Shown here: positions 37,400 through 51,142 of the stretch, one piece after another
Layout: every line of letters starts with the position of its first letter
Position numbering within the stretch: the first letter of the stretch is position 1
Assembly (NCBI RefSeq): GCF_000143415.4
Contig: NW_003314289.1
Span: 1,730,293 to 1,794,292 of the forward strand
Length of the DNA: 64,000 nucleotides
Source of the DNA: Selaginella moellendorffii
Taxonomy: Eukaryota; Plantae; Lycopodiophyta
Direction of reading: 5' to 3'
The notes under the pieces: model-generated
The model's database searches: none
What the model was told of the DNA's origin: nothing
The model's input: only the letters and a program-made list of their open reading frames with translations
Program-made: the position numbers and the translations under genes

Positions 37400-39860
37400 C
37401 TATTCCCTTTTTAAATCCCTTTGATAATTTTTGTGTTGCAATAGTTGATTAGCTCATGAAGGAGTATGCTGATCTCTTTGAATTTAGCTTATCATCTAGG
37501 GCTAAGATTGCAATATGTTATCCTATTTTAATTAAGGATGCTTATTCAATCAAAAGTCCTATTTATTATTGATCACTAAAAAAGATCTCAAGGAGATGTT
37601 GGAAAAGGGTGTTATTTAAAAGTTGTAGAGTATTTGGGTGTGTGAACATCATCTTGTAACAAAGTTTAATAAGAGTATTCATTTCTACATTAACTATCGT
37701 TCATAAAATGAAGTTTTGATCCCGAATGTGTACCTTCTTACTTACACTACTAATGTCCTAGATCGTCTGGGGGGAAGTTGATTCACTAAGTTAGATTTTG
37801 CCTCTAGGTATTAGTAAGTGTTGATGGTTGAAGAAGATATTTCCAAGACTATTTTTTGTACATTATTTGGTTTGTACGAATTCTTGGTGATGTCGTTTGG
37901 TTTTAACAATGTTCCATCGACTTTTTAATGGATGATGAACAAATTTTTTTGTGATATACCGAAAATGATTGCTGACTTCATCAATGATGTCTTGATTCAC
38001 TTGGAAGGGATGTAGGAGGAACACATTTATGATGTTCATAAGGTGTTGCAATGATTGGCCGAGGGAAGTTATTTAAAGTTAAAACAATCAAAGAGCATAT
38101 TTAGGTCCAAGAACACTATTTATTTTGGGTATTATATTTCTCATGAAAGTTTGCAAGTTGATTCTAACAAATTTATAGTTATTCTCAAGTTCCCTACTCT
38201 AAAATATGTGAATGATGTGGCAATATCTTAGCCATTTCATTGATCATCTTTTTAATCATATTGCACTATTGTGAGCATTGTTGAAGTTGTTAACATTATC
38301 TTTCATTTGGTCTATGGATCAGGCATTTAAGGATCTCAAAGAGTTGTTGATAACTTTTTTAGTTTTGGTGTATCCTCATTACACCACTTTATGTATGGAT
38401 GTTTCTAATATCGATTTTAGAGGTGTGTTGATACAAAAAAGCTTGAGTATACCTGATCAATGCCATCCCATTACATATATCAATCTTACATTACAACNNN
38501 NNNNNNNNNNNNNNNNNNNNNNNNNNNNNNNNNNNNNNNNNNNNNNNNNNNNNNNNNNNNNNNNNNNNNNNNNNNNNNNNNNNNNNNNNNNNNNNNNNNN
38601 NNNNNNNNNNNNNNNNNNNNNNNNNNNNNNNNNNNNNNNNNNNNNNNNNNNNNNNNNNNNNNNNNNNNNNNNNNNNNNNNNNNNNNNNNNNNNNNNNNNN
38701 NNNNNNNNNNNNNNNNNNNNNNNNNNNNNNNNNNNNNNNNNNNNNNNNNNNNNNNNNNNNNNNNNNNNNNNNNNNNNNNNNNNNNNNNNNNNNNNNNNNN
38801 NNNNGATTTTTTGGATAAGGATTCAATGTTGTTGGCGATTGTTATAATTGATGTTTAGTGTCCACAAGGTGCAGAGCTAGATTTACCTTCTTTTGACAAG
38901 GTTTGTGAGGCTCAAAAGATTGAGCTATGGATCTGAAGGCTTCACAATAGGTTTGAGAATCTTACATCACTTGCTAATGACTTGCCATGTTTATTTACAT
39001 TCTCAATATTGTCTTAAAAACTACCTTTTTTATTTTGTAGGGACGGATCTTGATGATTATTTATGGCTAGTGGTGCTTTCAATTATTATTCCATACTTTC
39101 TCCATGCCTACCATAATTCTCCTATTCTAGATAGGCATATGGAACATCATCGTGTGATTGAGAAGATGCACAGATTTTTCTATTAGCTGAAGATGTGATA
39201 TGATATTATCTTGTATAAACGTAGTTGTATTTGGTGCTAAACTCATAATATTACCCTTCATGCTACAGAAGAACAATTATAATCAATTGTAGTTTCTTGT
39301 CCATTTAAGTTGGTGGCATTTAACTTGATAGAGCCTTTTTTATAGTCAATTGTTGGCAATAAGTATGTCATTATTACTTCTGACTACCTAACTCACTAGG
39401 TAGAAGTTGATGCTTTTGCTAATGGTGTTCCAACTTTACTATCCAAAGTGGATTCTTTTAGAGATCTCTACTATAGCTTAGATGTGGATCTTGTGGGACA
39501 CAATGATGGAGGCTTGGGCTAGGCTAGACTTTGGTGTTCCAAGTTCTCTAGATTATGGTCTTGCACTTATGGATTAGGTATTTCATATTTTAATGTCTTG
39601 GTTAAAAATACACCAAACTTTCATGAATGCTTATTATCTATAGTTAAATGGTTTATTAGAATAATTTATTTGGACCTTTAAAGGGATGATTGTGAAGTAC
39701 GTGAATTTTCAATATTCGGATTAAAATAGTTATTTGGCATTTCTTTGGTATATATATGTTACAAATGTGCAAAGTTCTATTGGTGTTTTACTATATAAAC
39801 TCCTATATAGTCATGATTCAATACTACTAATAGAGTTGACTTTACCTTTGCAATTGCTAT
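37400..39860 (+). mobile_element. Decayed Ty3/gypsy pol, duplicate of 23440-25900 (contains N gap 38498-38804)
   Basis: Duplicate at offset 13,960. Confidence 0.8.
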
Positions 39861-40052
39861 AAATTATTGATATTAGGTTTTAAGATCAGTATTTGATGAG
39901 CATTCTTCCACTAGTTTGAGTATTGATATTAGGTTTTAAGATCAGTATTTGATGAGCATTCTTCCACTAGTTTGAGTATTGATATTAGGTTTTAAGATCA
40001 GTATTTGATGAACATTCTTCCATTGGTCTGAGTAGAGTCTACAAAACACCTA

Positions 40053-43000
40053 TGTAAGCTCCTGAATTTAGACTTCTTAAGAGGTCACCCAACCCAGTAT
40101 TATTTAAACCCAAAGACATTTAACCCAAGTATCTCAAGACCTTTAACCAATTGAAAAAGGGAGTGCATTCTTATTCATGGGCCCTTTCCCTTTATATTTG
40201 AACCTCATGAATTGTCTCTCAAGTCATTCTCTTTAGTTACTTACAATCCATCACACTTCCCTGCAAGTTAACGCCCTTGTGAATAAAAGCTAAGAGCCGT
40301 AGCTCTCCCGAGAGCCCCGCTCTCTTAACACCCTACCACTCAGGTCAAGCTCAGTCGGAGGCAAATTGGACCTGCCAGATGTCAACATATGGTGTGATTC
40401 CTCTAAGCAATCAATAGAGTTAGACTCGAGACCTGTTCTAATACCAAATTGTAAGCCACAAATTTTTCTTTTCCAATTTATTAGCTTATCTTGTTTATTC
40501 AACCACCACAGCCTTTGCCTTAGTTAAGTTCCCTTTGCCAAGGTTCCTGCTTATTGTAGTAGCTCCTACTTGGTCCTATTTGGTTTCACAATTCATTATA
40601 CAAATAACGAAGAGTTAGCCATCCATCCATGGATTTCTAAATTCTCTCCCAATCCCCCTCCCTAGGTTAGATTGGACTTAAGGTTTAGTTACATTCCCTG
40701 CAAGCATAAGCAGCCAAACACACCAAGCCTNNNNNNNNNNNNNNNNNNNNNNNNNNNNNNNNNNNNNNNNNNNNNNNNNNNNNNNNNNNNNNNNNNNNNN
40801 NNNNNNNNNNNNNNNNNNNNNNNNNNNNNNNNNNNNNNNNNNNNNNNNNNNNNNNNNNNNNNNNTCCAGGCCCAAGCCCCTAAAAAGGGTAAGGACTAAT
40901 GAGCCACAATGTACTCCATGAGCCGAGAGCATCATAGTCATTTTCCCTTTTGAGAGTGGGAGTTGTTCCTGAGCACTTCTTTGGGTGGCCTCTCCAGTAC
41001 CACCCAAGTCCATGCTCACTCCCACCCAAGGCCCCTCAGCCCCAACCTCAACCTCAAGTCATTTTAGAAGCACTATTGGAGAGTTCTTTCAAGACTAGTT
41101 CTTAGACCTCACTATCCCTACTATACTTTTGGAACCCCCTATAGCACCCCCCCCAGGGAAACACATGATTTGGCTTTTCACCCCATGAATTGTATTATTA
41201 TTTGAACTCGGTCTCGGACCCGATCTCGGACTCAACCTCTAACTTGGACTCTGTTTCAGACTCGATCTCGAACTCAGTTTCAGACTCGATCTTGGACTCG
41301 GTCTCAAACTCAGTATCAGAGTCGGTCTTAGACTCAGTCTCATCCGATAAACTCTTTATTATTTTGGTCATGATTTCAGGGATCCTTTAGCCTATAACAC
41401 ATTGAAGAGTTGGTTCCTTATAACTCCACTACCCATAGAAGAAGTTCAATGCCCACATCAAACTTCTCATTTTAATCCTATGACTTGTTGACCATGTCTC
41501 CGGGGGCATCCCCCCACTTAACAGTGTGCCTAAGTTAGCGTCCCTAGCCAAGAGCCCATGACAACAAAGTATAGATGTCCTTATACGCCTCACTTCAGCA
41601 CGCCCTAGTACGGGGTTAGGACTTGAACCCAACCTTGCTTTACTAGAGGGTTGGGACTTGAACCCAACTTCCATAAAATATGTCTACAGATTTGATATCT
41701 CTGTGGGGAGTCGAGCATAGTTCCCTACTTTTGGTTGACCTAGCTAACCCATGCTCATTAGCTTACCTTCGGCGTGCCTTTGGGTCCCAACATATCACAT
41801 TGCTCAATTTCTCAAATAGATTCTTTAATTGAATTTTGCATAAGTACATAGAGTTCTACCTTGCAAAAATTCCTCCACTAAATCTTGTGCATTCACTAGG
41901 TTTTCCTCCGGTTCCCATGTTACTTCGCAATGTGGAAATTCTTTCCACTTCACATAGAACTCCCTCACCTTGCATCCTTATTACTTGCTCTTACGTGCAT
42001 TGAGGATGCCTTCAACTTCGTATTCCTTTTTCCCTTAGATAACCTCAGCTAAAGGTTTTATTTAGTCCTTGCGAAATGGATCCTTAAAGTACAGCTTGAG
42101 TAAGTTCATGTGGAACACAAGGTGCATCTTCCCCATCTCCCGAGGAAGTCGAAGGCGATAAGCTGCCTTACCAATTCGAGCCTCAATATCATAAGACCCC
42201 ACGAGCCTGTTTAAAGAACTCAAGATCAATTCATTTCCAAAAATGCATGCATTTTACCTTTGGGTCAACTTCTACCTAATCCCACTTGATAACCTTAGGT
42301 TCTTGGTATTTAGCCACACTTTATCCCTAGGTTAAAACTCTACATCTAGGTGCTTTTGATTCACATATTTAATTTATATTTGTTGAGTCCGTTCTAAGGA
42401 ATCCCTCACTAAATTCTAAATGTTAAGTCTTTCTGCTGTGAACGCCTCCACTACAGGTAACTCTCCATGATACTCAGCCATATTGAATTTCACAGGACCT
42501 TCAATAACTTGCCCATTGATGACTTCTCATGGACTCACCCCAATACTCGAATGTGGTGAGCTATTATAGCACATTTTTGCAAGTCCCAAATGACTTACCC
42601 AATCAATTTGGTTTCCAAAGACATACCATCGCAAATAATCCTCCAGCTACCTATTTACACTTTCTATTTTTTCATCTATCAAGAAGTGTTAGTGCCATCA
42701 AACTTGACTTAATACCCATTACCTGTCTGTGGATGATAGACTATGCTAAATTTCAACTTGGTGCGATATTGTTTTAAGAAAGTTCTTTAGAACCTACTGG
42801 TGAAGATCTTATCTAGATTTGAGATAATCTCTTTTGGCCTTCTTTGCACTTGAACCACTTGTTTAAAGAACAACTTCACCACACTTTCTACATCCACTTC
42901 TGTTGTGATGGGTATGCCATTTTCAAAAATCAATCCATCATTACGAATATTGCATCAAACCTCTCATTTGAGGGGAGTCCTGTGATGAAGTCCATTATAA

Positions 43001-45771
43001 GATATTTCACAAACGATCTAGAATTATGAGGCTTTGTAATAAGCTCTCACTAGCCTTAGTCACGGCTTTGACCTACTGACATATTAGACATGTCTTTATA
43101 TAATCCTAGATATCTTTAGCCATATTTAGCTAGTGATACTTCCTCTTAAGTAAGCCCATCGTTTTGGGCACTCCACCATATCCTACAAGAAGCTCATCAT
43201 GACACTCTTCTAAAGCTACCTTAACTCCCTTTGTGGAACATACACCCTCATCTATTTATAATAAATGAGTCCATTGCATTCTACATAACCTGTCTTCTTT
43301 TCTGTAGGTGGCTCCCCTCTTTGGTGAGCATCCTGCACTTCTTGGTTCCTTAGCAACACTTCTTATGCTAGACCATTGTTCTCATACGTTATCGATACAT
43401 CATCCTAAAATGTTGCTATCACATTGGATATCGCAAACTTCAAGTTTACCTTTTGACTTAAAGCATCTGCCATGATGTTGCTCTTCCTAGGTTTATACAA
43501 AATCTTACAATCAAACTCGGCCAAAGCATTAGCCCACTGACCCTATTTCCCTCTTATATCGGGCTGTAATAAGAAGTGTTTCATTGCTACATTATCCGTG
43601 TAAACTTTGAAGTGTCTCCCAAGATAGTGTCGCCACTCCTTGAGTGCATTGACCACCCCAAACAGTTCCTTCTCATGGGCATGCCATTTTCATTGAGCTT
43701 TGTTCAACTTTTTCGAGAAGAATGATACTGGGTGGTTGTCTTGCTTCAAAACTATGCCCTAGCATTTGTCCTCCTCAAAGGGAAGTTGAGAAAGGCTCCC
43801 ATGTTAGTGTTACTAAACTTTGGTAAGAACTTTAAGGTATAAATAAATGCTTCAGAATTTGCATTGGGCATAGTACTTCACATTCTACTGTTTATACTAT
43901 CTTCTTTTTTTCTGTTTGGTTCGTTAAAGGCAAGGCTACCCTCATATAGTGTTTGATAAACTTTTGTTAGTAGTTGTATAGCCTCAAGAATGCCCTTACC
44001 TCATGTACATTTGATGGTTGTTCTCATTCCTAGAGCTACCACAAATCAATTGAACCAATCCATCCGGAAGATCACTTTAAATTTTGCTATATCCAACACA
44101 GTAAAATTCATGTCTACTTTCCATGTCCCTACTTCGATTCTTGCTTGTCGAAGTACCTTATTGGTGTTTTGGTTATCTTAAATAAACTCTATAGTCATTT
44201 GTTCACCCAACCACAGCACTGTTAGTCTAACTTGCCAGACTATATTTGCAACCACAAAATTATCTGAAGCACCCATGTCAATAAGGATCTTAACAAAGAT
44301 ACCTTTGAGCTTCCCTCAAAGGGTTACTAGATATTGTGATTGACTCTCTACCAAAATTGCTCGCATAATGAGTCACTTTGAGATAGGGATTAAATCACAT
44401 ACCTTAATTTGAATTTCACCTTATTTAATGGTTATATTGACTCTGGCCTTTTTCAGTTAGGGACATTCCTTCGAAAAGTGTTCCACTTCACCATAGTTGA
44501 AATGTATATTGTTTCCCATGCTATTAGTAGACTTGACCTTTTTATCAATGGGTTTGTCCCTTTTCGCTTGACTCCCTCATATACTTGTTTGTTGGCCACT
44601 GGATCTACCTTTCCAAAACCCTAAAAACTTATTTTTCGAGAAACTTTTTTTTGAATCTCCCTTTGCTATATATCCCCTTTGGTTTAGCTCTTTTGCTAAA
44701 TGTGGACCTCAACCCAGTTGTGTTCCCCTTTCGTAGGTTATTATTAAAATGCACCTTAATAGCTACATCTAATACTTCCTTGTAGTTAGTCGGGTTTTAA
44801 TGCATCACCTCGTCTCGAGCCTAGGTCTACAAGATTGATATGAAGGTATGGAACACATCCATATTGCCCATATTTGTGATAAGGATCCTTTTCGCCATGA
44901 ATGCATTCACATACTCTTGAATGGTTCTCATTTGCTTCAGCTTACTCAGCTCATTCCTTAGGTACAAAGTAGCATTCAGAGGAACATAGATTGCACAAAT
45001 CCTCGCCTTCATTATTTTTGAAGTGGCCACCAATCCTTCATTAGCCTTTGTTGTTCTCCACTAAGACTTAGCATTATCTGCCAAGTATGGTTTAGTACAT
45101 GAGACTTTCTCCAAACTTGGTAACCACAATGTTTAGAAATAATCTTCTATATTGTAAAATCAATCCTCCACCACCTTATAGTCATTCACTCCCTTGAAGA
45201 CTAGTGAGAGTTTTGGTTTGTACTTAGGAACTACTTGAGGGATTGATTCCACTTCAATTTGTTCGACCTTATTCGATTTGGCCTTAGTCCACTCCAAAAG
45301 GTCCATGCCTTTTGCATTGCTAGCCTTTGTAGTCTTTTACTTTTTCTTATGCTTCTTGTCACACTTTAGCTTGCGTATGAGAGTCTCTAGTAGGGCATTT
45401 GTTTGTACCAATTTTCCTTCTAGAATGTCCAATCAAGCCTTGGACAATTAAACCTCTCCATCAGACTCTTGTTTGGAAGATTCCTCATCTTGTGCAAGGA
45501 TTCCTTATCCATAGCTTTTAGTTCAACTAGTTCCGCTTCTATCCTTTGCTAGAATTGAGGAAAAGACTTTGATACCAAATTATAAGCTCCTAAATTTGAA
45601 CTTCCCAAAAGTCACCCAACCCAGTACTATTCAAACCCAAAAACGCTTAATCCCAAGTATCTTAAAACTTTTAACCAATTAAAAACAGTGGGCACTCTTA
45701 TTTATAGGCTTTTTTTCTTTATATTTGAACTGATGGACTATATCTCAAGTTATTCTTTTTGGTTGTTTACA
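40053..45771 (-). mobile_element. Composite retroelement: Cassandra LTR - PBS - chromovirus gag/PR/RH/INT/chromodomain - chromovirus LTR - PBS - Cassandra internal - Cassandra LTR
   Basis: 5S-bearing LTRs at 45581-45771 and 40053-40245. Perfect 5-bp TSD ACCTA at 40048-40052 and 45772-45776. Met-tRNA-type PBS next to 45581 and next to 40450. Decayed gag (ORF 44827-45033), protease, RNase H, integrase and chromodomain remnants. Confidence 0.85.
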
Positions 45772-46494
45772 ACCTAAGCCACATATAAATGGGACAATAA
45801 TGACGCTACAACTTTTATCATCCATCATCCACCTGCAGATTACAAAATGGATGTTTTAGTGTTAGTCTATTTTCCCAATCTTACAGTACATAGTTTATTT
45901 AAAGGGCTCTTTGCTCAATGGAAAGGACTTTATCGGGTGTTGTGGCAAGTTAGACTATAAGTTTATAAAGTTTGGCATGACATCGAACAAGTTAATCCTC
46001 CAAATATTATACATGTGCAATAATTAAACGCTTCGTACAAGGGATCAAGAATAATTAGCAACACCTACAGATCCATGAATTTTGATATTCTCTTAATATT
46101 CTAAATCCCAGCCCATTCACCACGAAAACCCTGATTGTCTTCCATCAAGAGGTGGCAGTCCAAGTGTACGGTGACAATGCTATATACTATTATTAGTGTA
46201 TTATGATTTTGATAATTGTTGAATTAGTTTTAATCTGGACCACTCACTCTTTTATATAAGCTAGTGTTTTTGGGATAATTGATATGCACATTTTTATTTT
46301 CCATTTCATATTCCATGCACTCAACATATAATATTATTACACCTTTAATTTAAAATTTAATTTAAATCATTAAGTGGTACTCCAGTGGAAGATCGGGGAT
46401 ATCCTAAAGCTCCAGTAGCCTGGAATGGCCAAAGTTGAGCAGTGGATTCAGCCATGAGAAGGAGAGCTGGCTCAAGAATCCTACAATTGCTTTC

Positions 46495-49400
46495 TGGAGA
46501 ACGACAGAGGCCAATGAAGGACCAGTGGCCACTTGGGACATGATGAAGGCAAGGATCCGCATGACTTACGTTCCTCCGAATGCTACTCTGCATCTAAGAG
46601 ACGAGCTGAGTAGGCTGAAGCAAACCGGAACCATTCAGGAGTATGTGAATGGGTTTATGGCAAAGAGGATACTTGTCACGGACATGGGGGATATGGATGC
46701 ATTCCATGCCTTCATATCGGGCTTGCAAACCTGTGCTCACGGCGAGGTGATGCATTGGAACCCGAACAATTACAAAGAAGTGTTGGATGCGGCTATCAAG
46801 GTGCATTTTAACGATAACCTGCGAAAGGGGAACATGACGGGGTCGGGGTCCACGTTTAGGAAAGGGGCCAAACCAAGGGGAACATATAGCAAAGGGAAAT
46901 TCAAGAAAAGTTTCTTTAAGAATGAGTTCTCGGGGTTCCCGAAAGGCAAATCTAGTGGCCAGCGAGCAAATATGTGGGGGAGTCAAGCAAAAAGAGACAA
47001 ACCCATGGATAAGAAGGTCAAGTCATTTAGTAGCGTGGGAAACAACATATGCTACAACTGCAGTGAAGCGGGACACTTTTCAAGGGAATGTCCCTACCCA
47101 AAGAAGGCCAGAGTCAATATGGCCATTAAGTCAGGTGAAGTCCAAATTGAGATATGTGATCTAGTCCCTAGCTCAAAATTACTCATTACATAAGCAACTT
47201 TGGTAGAGAGTCGTTCGCGACATCTACTAGCCCTCCAAGGGAAGCTCGGAGATAACTTTATTAAGATCCTTATTGACACGGGTGCTCTGGATAATTTTGT
47301 GGCTGCAGACATAATCTGGCAAGTCGAACTAACGGTGTAGCAGCTGGGTGAACCAAGGACTATATAGTTTGTTCAAGGTAGCCAAAGCACCGATGAGGTA
47401 CTTCGACAAGTGAGAGTCGAAGTAGGGACTTGGAAAGTAGACATGGATTTCACCATGTTGGACATGGCGGGATTTGATGTGATCTTCGGGATGGATTGGT
47501 TCAATCGATTCGTGGTAGCTCTACATGGACAAGGTAGGAACCTTGTGGTACTAGCGAATGCCCAAGGAAGAAGATCTAGGGTGGAGGCCCAGGATCTAAA
47601 GGTAGGGCAATGCAAGGCCAAAGATTCGTACCTAAACCTGGTGTCCACGAGAGGACAACTCACTAAAGGGACCAAGGCTGCATTTTTGTGCTTACTCTCG
47701 GTGAGGAGTGACAAAAAGATAGGAACGGAAGAAGTACCTTTAGTGATCCAGCAGGTGTTGGACCAATTCCAGGATACTATGCTAGAGGAGCTACCGGTGG
47801 GGTTGCCCCCCGCACAACCGATAGAGCATAAGATTGAGCTGGTCGAGGGTGCTGAGGCGGTGGTTCATCCCCCCTATCGTTTGAACGAAAAAGAACTCAC
47901 GGAGCTCAAGCGCTAACTAGAGGAGTTGGTGGACAAAGGGTATGTTAGGTTAAGCAAGTCCCCTTAAAAGAGTGTCATGACAAACTTTTTGCGGGACACG
48001 GTGGAGTGCCCAAGACAATGGGCTTACTCAAGAGGAAGTACCACTGGCCAGATATGGCTAAGGACGTCCAAGACTATGTAAAGACATGTCTAACATGTCA
48101 GCAGGTCAAAGCCATGACTAAGGCTAATGGGGGCTTGTTACAAAGCATCCCAATTCTAGATCGTCCGTGGAAATGTTTTACGATGGACTTCATCACGGGA
48201 CTCCTCTTAAGCAAGGGGTTCAATGCGATATTCGTGGTGGTGGATTGATTTTCGAAGATGGCACATTTCATACCCACCACAACGGAAGTGGATGCGGAAG
48301 GTGTGGCAAAGCTGTTCTTTGAACAAGTGGTTTGAGTGCAGGGAAGGCCAGAAAAGATTATCCCAGATCGAGATAAGATCTTCACTAATAAGTTTTGGAG
48401 AACACTCTTGGAACAATATTGCACCAAGTTGAAATTCAGCATAGCCTATCACCCATAGACAGATAATGGGTATTAAGTCAAGTTTGATGGCACTAACACT
48501 TCTTGACAGACGGGCAAACGGAAAGGGTGAATAGGTAGCTAGAGGATTATTTGCGATGTTATGTCTCGGGAGACCAAACTGATTGGGTAAGTCATTTGGG
48601 ACTTGCAAAAATGTGTTATAACAACTCACCACATTCGAGTATCGGGGTGAGTCCATAGGAAGTTATCAATGGGCGAGCTATTGAAGGTCCTGTGGAACTC
48701 GGCGTGGCCAACTATCATGGAGAGTTACCTGCAGTGGAGGCATTCACGGCGGAAAAACTCAACATTTGGAATCTAGTGAGGGATTCCTTAGAACGGGCTC
48801 AACAAAGGCAAACCAAGTACGCGAACCAGAAGTGTCGGGATGTAGAGTTCCAAGTTGGGGAGAAGGTATGACTGAACACCAAGAACCTCAGGCTACCAAG
48901 TGGGATCAGCCGGAAGTTGACCCAAAGGTAAAAATGCATGTATTCCTGTAAATGAATTGATCTTGAGTTCCTTACGCAAGTTTGCAGGGCCTTATGAGAT
49001 TGAGGCTTGAATCGGTAAAGTGGCTTACCGTCTCCGACTTCCTTGAGAGATGGGGAAGATGCACCCCGTGTTCCACGTGAACTTACTCAAGCCATATTTT
49101 GAGGATCCGCTTCGCAAGGACCAAGTAAGACCTTTACCTGAGGTTATCCAAGGGGAAGAGGAATACGAAGTCGAAGCCATCCTCAATGCGCGCAAGAGCA
49201 AGCGACAAGAACGCAAAGTGAGAAAGTTCCATGTGAAGTGGAAAGGATTTCCACACTACAAAGTAACATGGGAACCAGAAGAGAACCTAGCAAACGCGCA
49301 AGATCTAGTGGAGGAATTTCTGCAAGGCAGAACTCTATGTACTTATGCAAAGTTCAATTAAAGTATCAATTTGTGAAGTTGAGCAATGGCATATGTTGAG

Positions 49401-50375
49401 ACCCAAAGGCGCGCCGAAAGTAAGCTAATTAGCATGGGTTAGCTAGGTCAACCAAGTGTAGGGAACTATGCCCGACTCCCTACGGGGATATCAAATCCGT
49501 AGACGTATTCTACGGAGGTTGGGTTCGAGTCCCAACCCCGTAGTAAAGCAAGGCTGGGTTCAAGTCCCGACCCCATACTAGGCCGTGGTGAGGTGAGGAG
49601 TATAGGGACACCTATATTCTGTTGTCATGGGCTCTTGGCCGGGGAGGCTAACTTAGGCACACCGCTAAATGGGGGGATGCCCCCAGAGACATGGTCAACA
49701 AGTCATAGGATAAAAAAGAGACGTTCGATGTGGGCATCGAACTTCTTCTATGGGTGGTGGAGTTGTAAGGAACCAATTCACCAAGGTGTCGTAGGCTAAA
49801 GGATCCCCGAAAGCATGACCAAAATGACAAAGAGTTCATCGGATGGGACCAAGTCGAAGATCGAGTCCAAGACTGACTCTAAGACAGAGTCTGGGATCGA
49901 GTCCGAGGCCAAATCGGAGAACGAGTTCAAGACCGAGTTCAAGACCGAGTTCGAGACAGAGTCCGAGATCCAAATCAGGTCCAAGACCGAGTCCAAGGTC
50001 GAGTCCAAAGTCGAGTCCGAGATCGGGTCTGAGATCGAGTCCGAGATCAAGTCCGAGACCGAGTCCGAAGTCGGATCTGAGATCAAGTTCGAGACCGAGT
50101 CTGAGTACTTGGCTGCTTGTGTTTGCGGGGAGTGTAGCCGAACCTTAAGTCCAGTCTAACCCAGAGAGGGGGATTGAGAGAAATTTGGGAATCCGTGGAT
50201 GGATGGCTAACGCTCTGTTGCTCGTGCAGTGAGTAGCTGAAACCAAGTAGGACCAAGTAAAAGCTGGTACCATAGGCGAGAATCTTGGTGAGGGAATTTA
50301 GCAAAAGTCAATGCAATGTTGGACGGATAGACGAGGTAAACTGGCAAATTGGAAAGGAAAAATTTGTGGCTTACA
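46495..50375 (+). mobile_element. Chromovirus-type Ty3/gypsy element, 3' part (gag C-terminus, protease, integrase, chromodomain, 3' LTR remnant); RT/RNase H deleted
   Basis: Zinc knuckle CYNCSEAGHFSREC; protease LIDTGA; jump from the RT start (..SKSP) to the integrase HHCC at ~47965; MDFITGL; chromodomain EYEVEAIL...FHVKWKGFPHYKVTWEPEENL; LTR ends GGCTTACA at 50375. Confidence 0.9.
49850..50105 (+). repeat. Degenerate hexamer array (GAGTCC/GAGACC/GAGATC)n in the element's 3' region
   Basis: Visible 6/12-bp periodicity. Related arrays at 27245-27380, 41205-41340 and 57660-58030. Confidence 0.85.
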
Positions 50376-50692
50376 CACTTATTCAAATGGTCTTTGACAA
50401 AGATGATGCAATTATTAGAATGCATCATTACAATCATTGGCATGTTCAAATATATATTTAAAAATGTTTGAGAGGATGATCAAATTTACTATGTGGTTGA
50501 TTCTTGGGATGATATTTAGCATTTACGTGAGTTTCCCACATGTCTCCAAGGGACAGTGTTGCAATGGTATAATAGTTTGAGTGCCAAAAAATGATTGCTA
50601 TCTTTGTTGGGAAGTGTATAATTATCTCAAGTGATTTGCCAAAATATAAAGAATATTAGCAGAAAGAAGGGGCAATCCACCGAAGTAATTCA

Positions 50693-51142
50693 ATGGGAGC
50701 TTGACTGGTTTTTAGTTATCTAGCACCACAATCTGTTACCATCTTTAACAACAGATTGTGCATCGACGGCAGGTTCACACTCTTCATGCCCCTTTCAGTT
50801 GCTGAAACAACAGTTCTTTCGTGTCACTCACTAAGATTTTAGTTTTGGCTTTTGAAGCTTTTGTTTTGCTTTTACACGGGTAAGAGTATGTGCCTTTTCT
50901 GCCAAGCACCTCGGTTTGCAAGACACAGTGGGTATCAGCCCGGACTGTAATCCCGACAACCGAGCCTCTCCAAATAATAAGAAGTTAAAAGGTACATACC
51001 TAAGTTCTTGCAGCTTTTAAACTGCCGGCTGGAGATGCAGTATTAGATGAGCTCTATGTGTTGGCTACAAGGATGCTGCAGTGTGGGAAAATACAAATCC
51101 TTGATCAATTTTAAAGGCAAGGCAGCAGCTGCTCCAGTTTGA
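50693..51142 (+). pseudogene. Shorter 3' patatin fragment upstream of ICS copy 4
   Basis: Homologous to 7219-7691. Shares lesions with the copy 2/3 fragments. Confidence 0.88.

Larger units (their letters stand above)
13969..43184 (+). repeat. Direct tandem segmental duplication, period 13,960 bp
   Basis: 15191-29224 aligns to 29151-43184 at an essentially constant offset of 13,960 (ORF pairs 19981/33941, 16068/30028, 24933/38893), with only scattered SNPs and small indels. Confidence 0.95.

Noticed and set aside
38278-38858. ORFs running through X stretches (also 40672-41025)
   Set aside because: Artefacts of N gaps within decayed retroelement sequence.
46435-47193. 252-aa ORF as a domesticated gag or new chimeric gene
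   Set aside because: It begins at a non-ATG codon in host flank fused by the inversion to the gag C-half. There is no promoter or other evidence of function.
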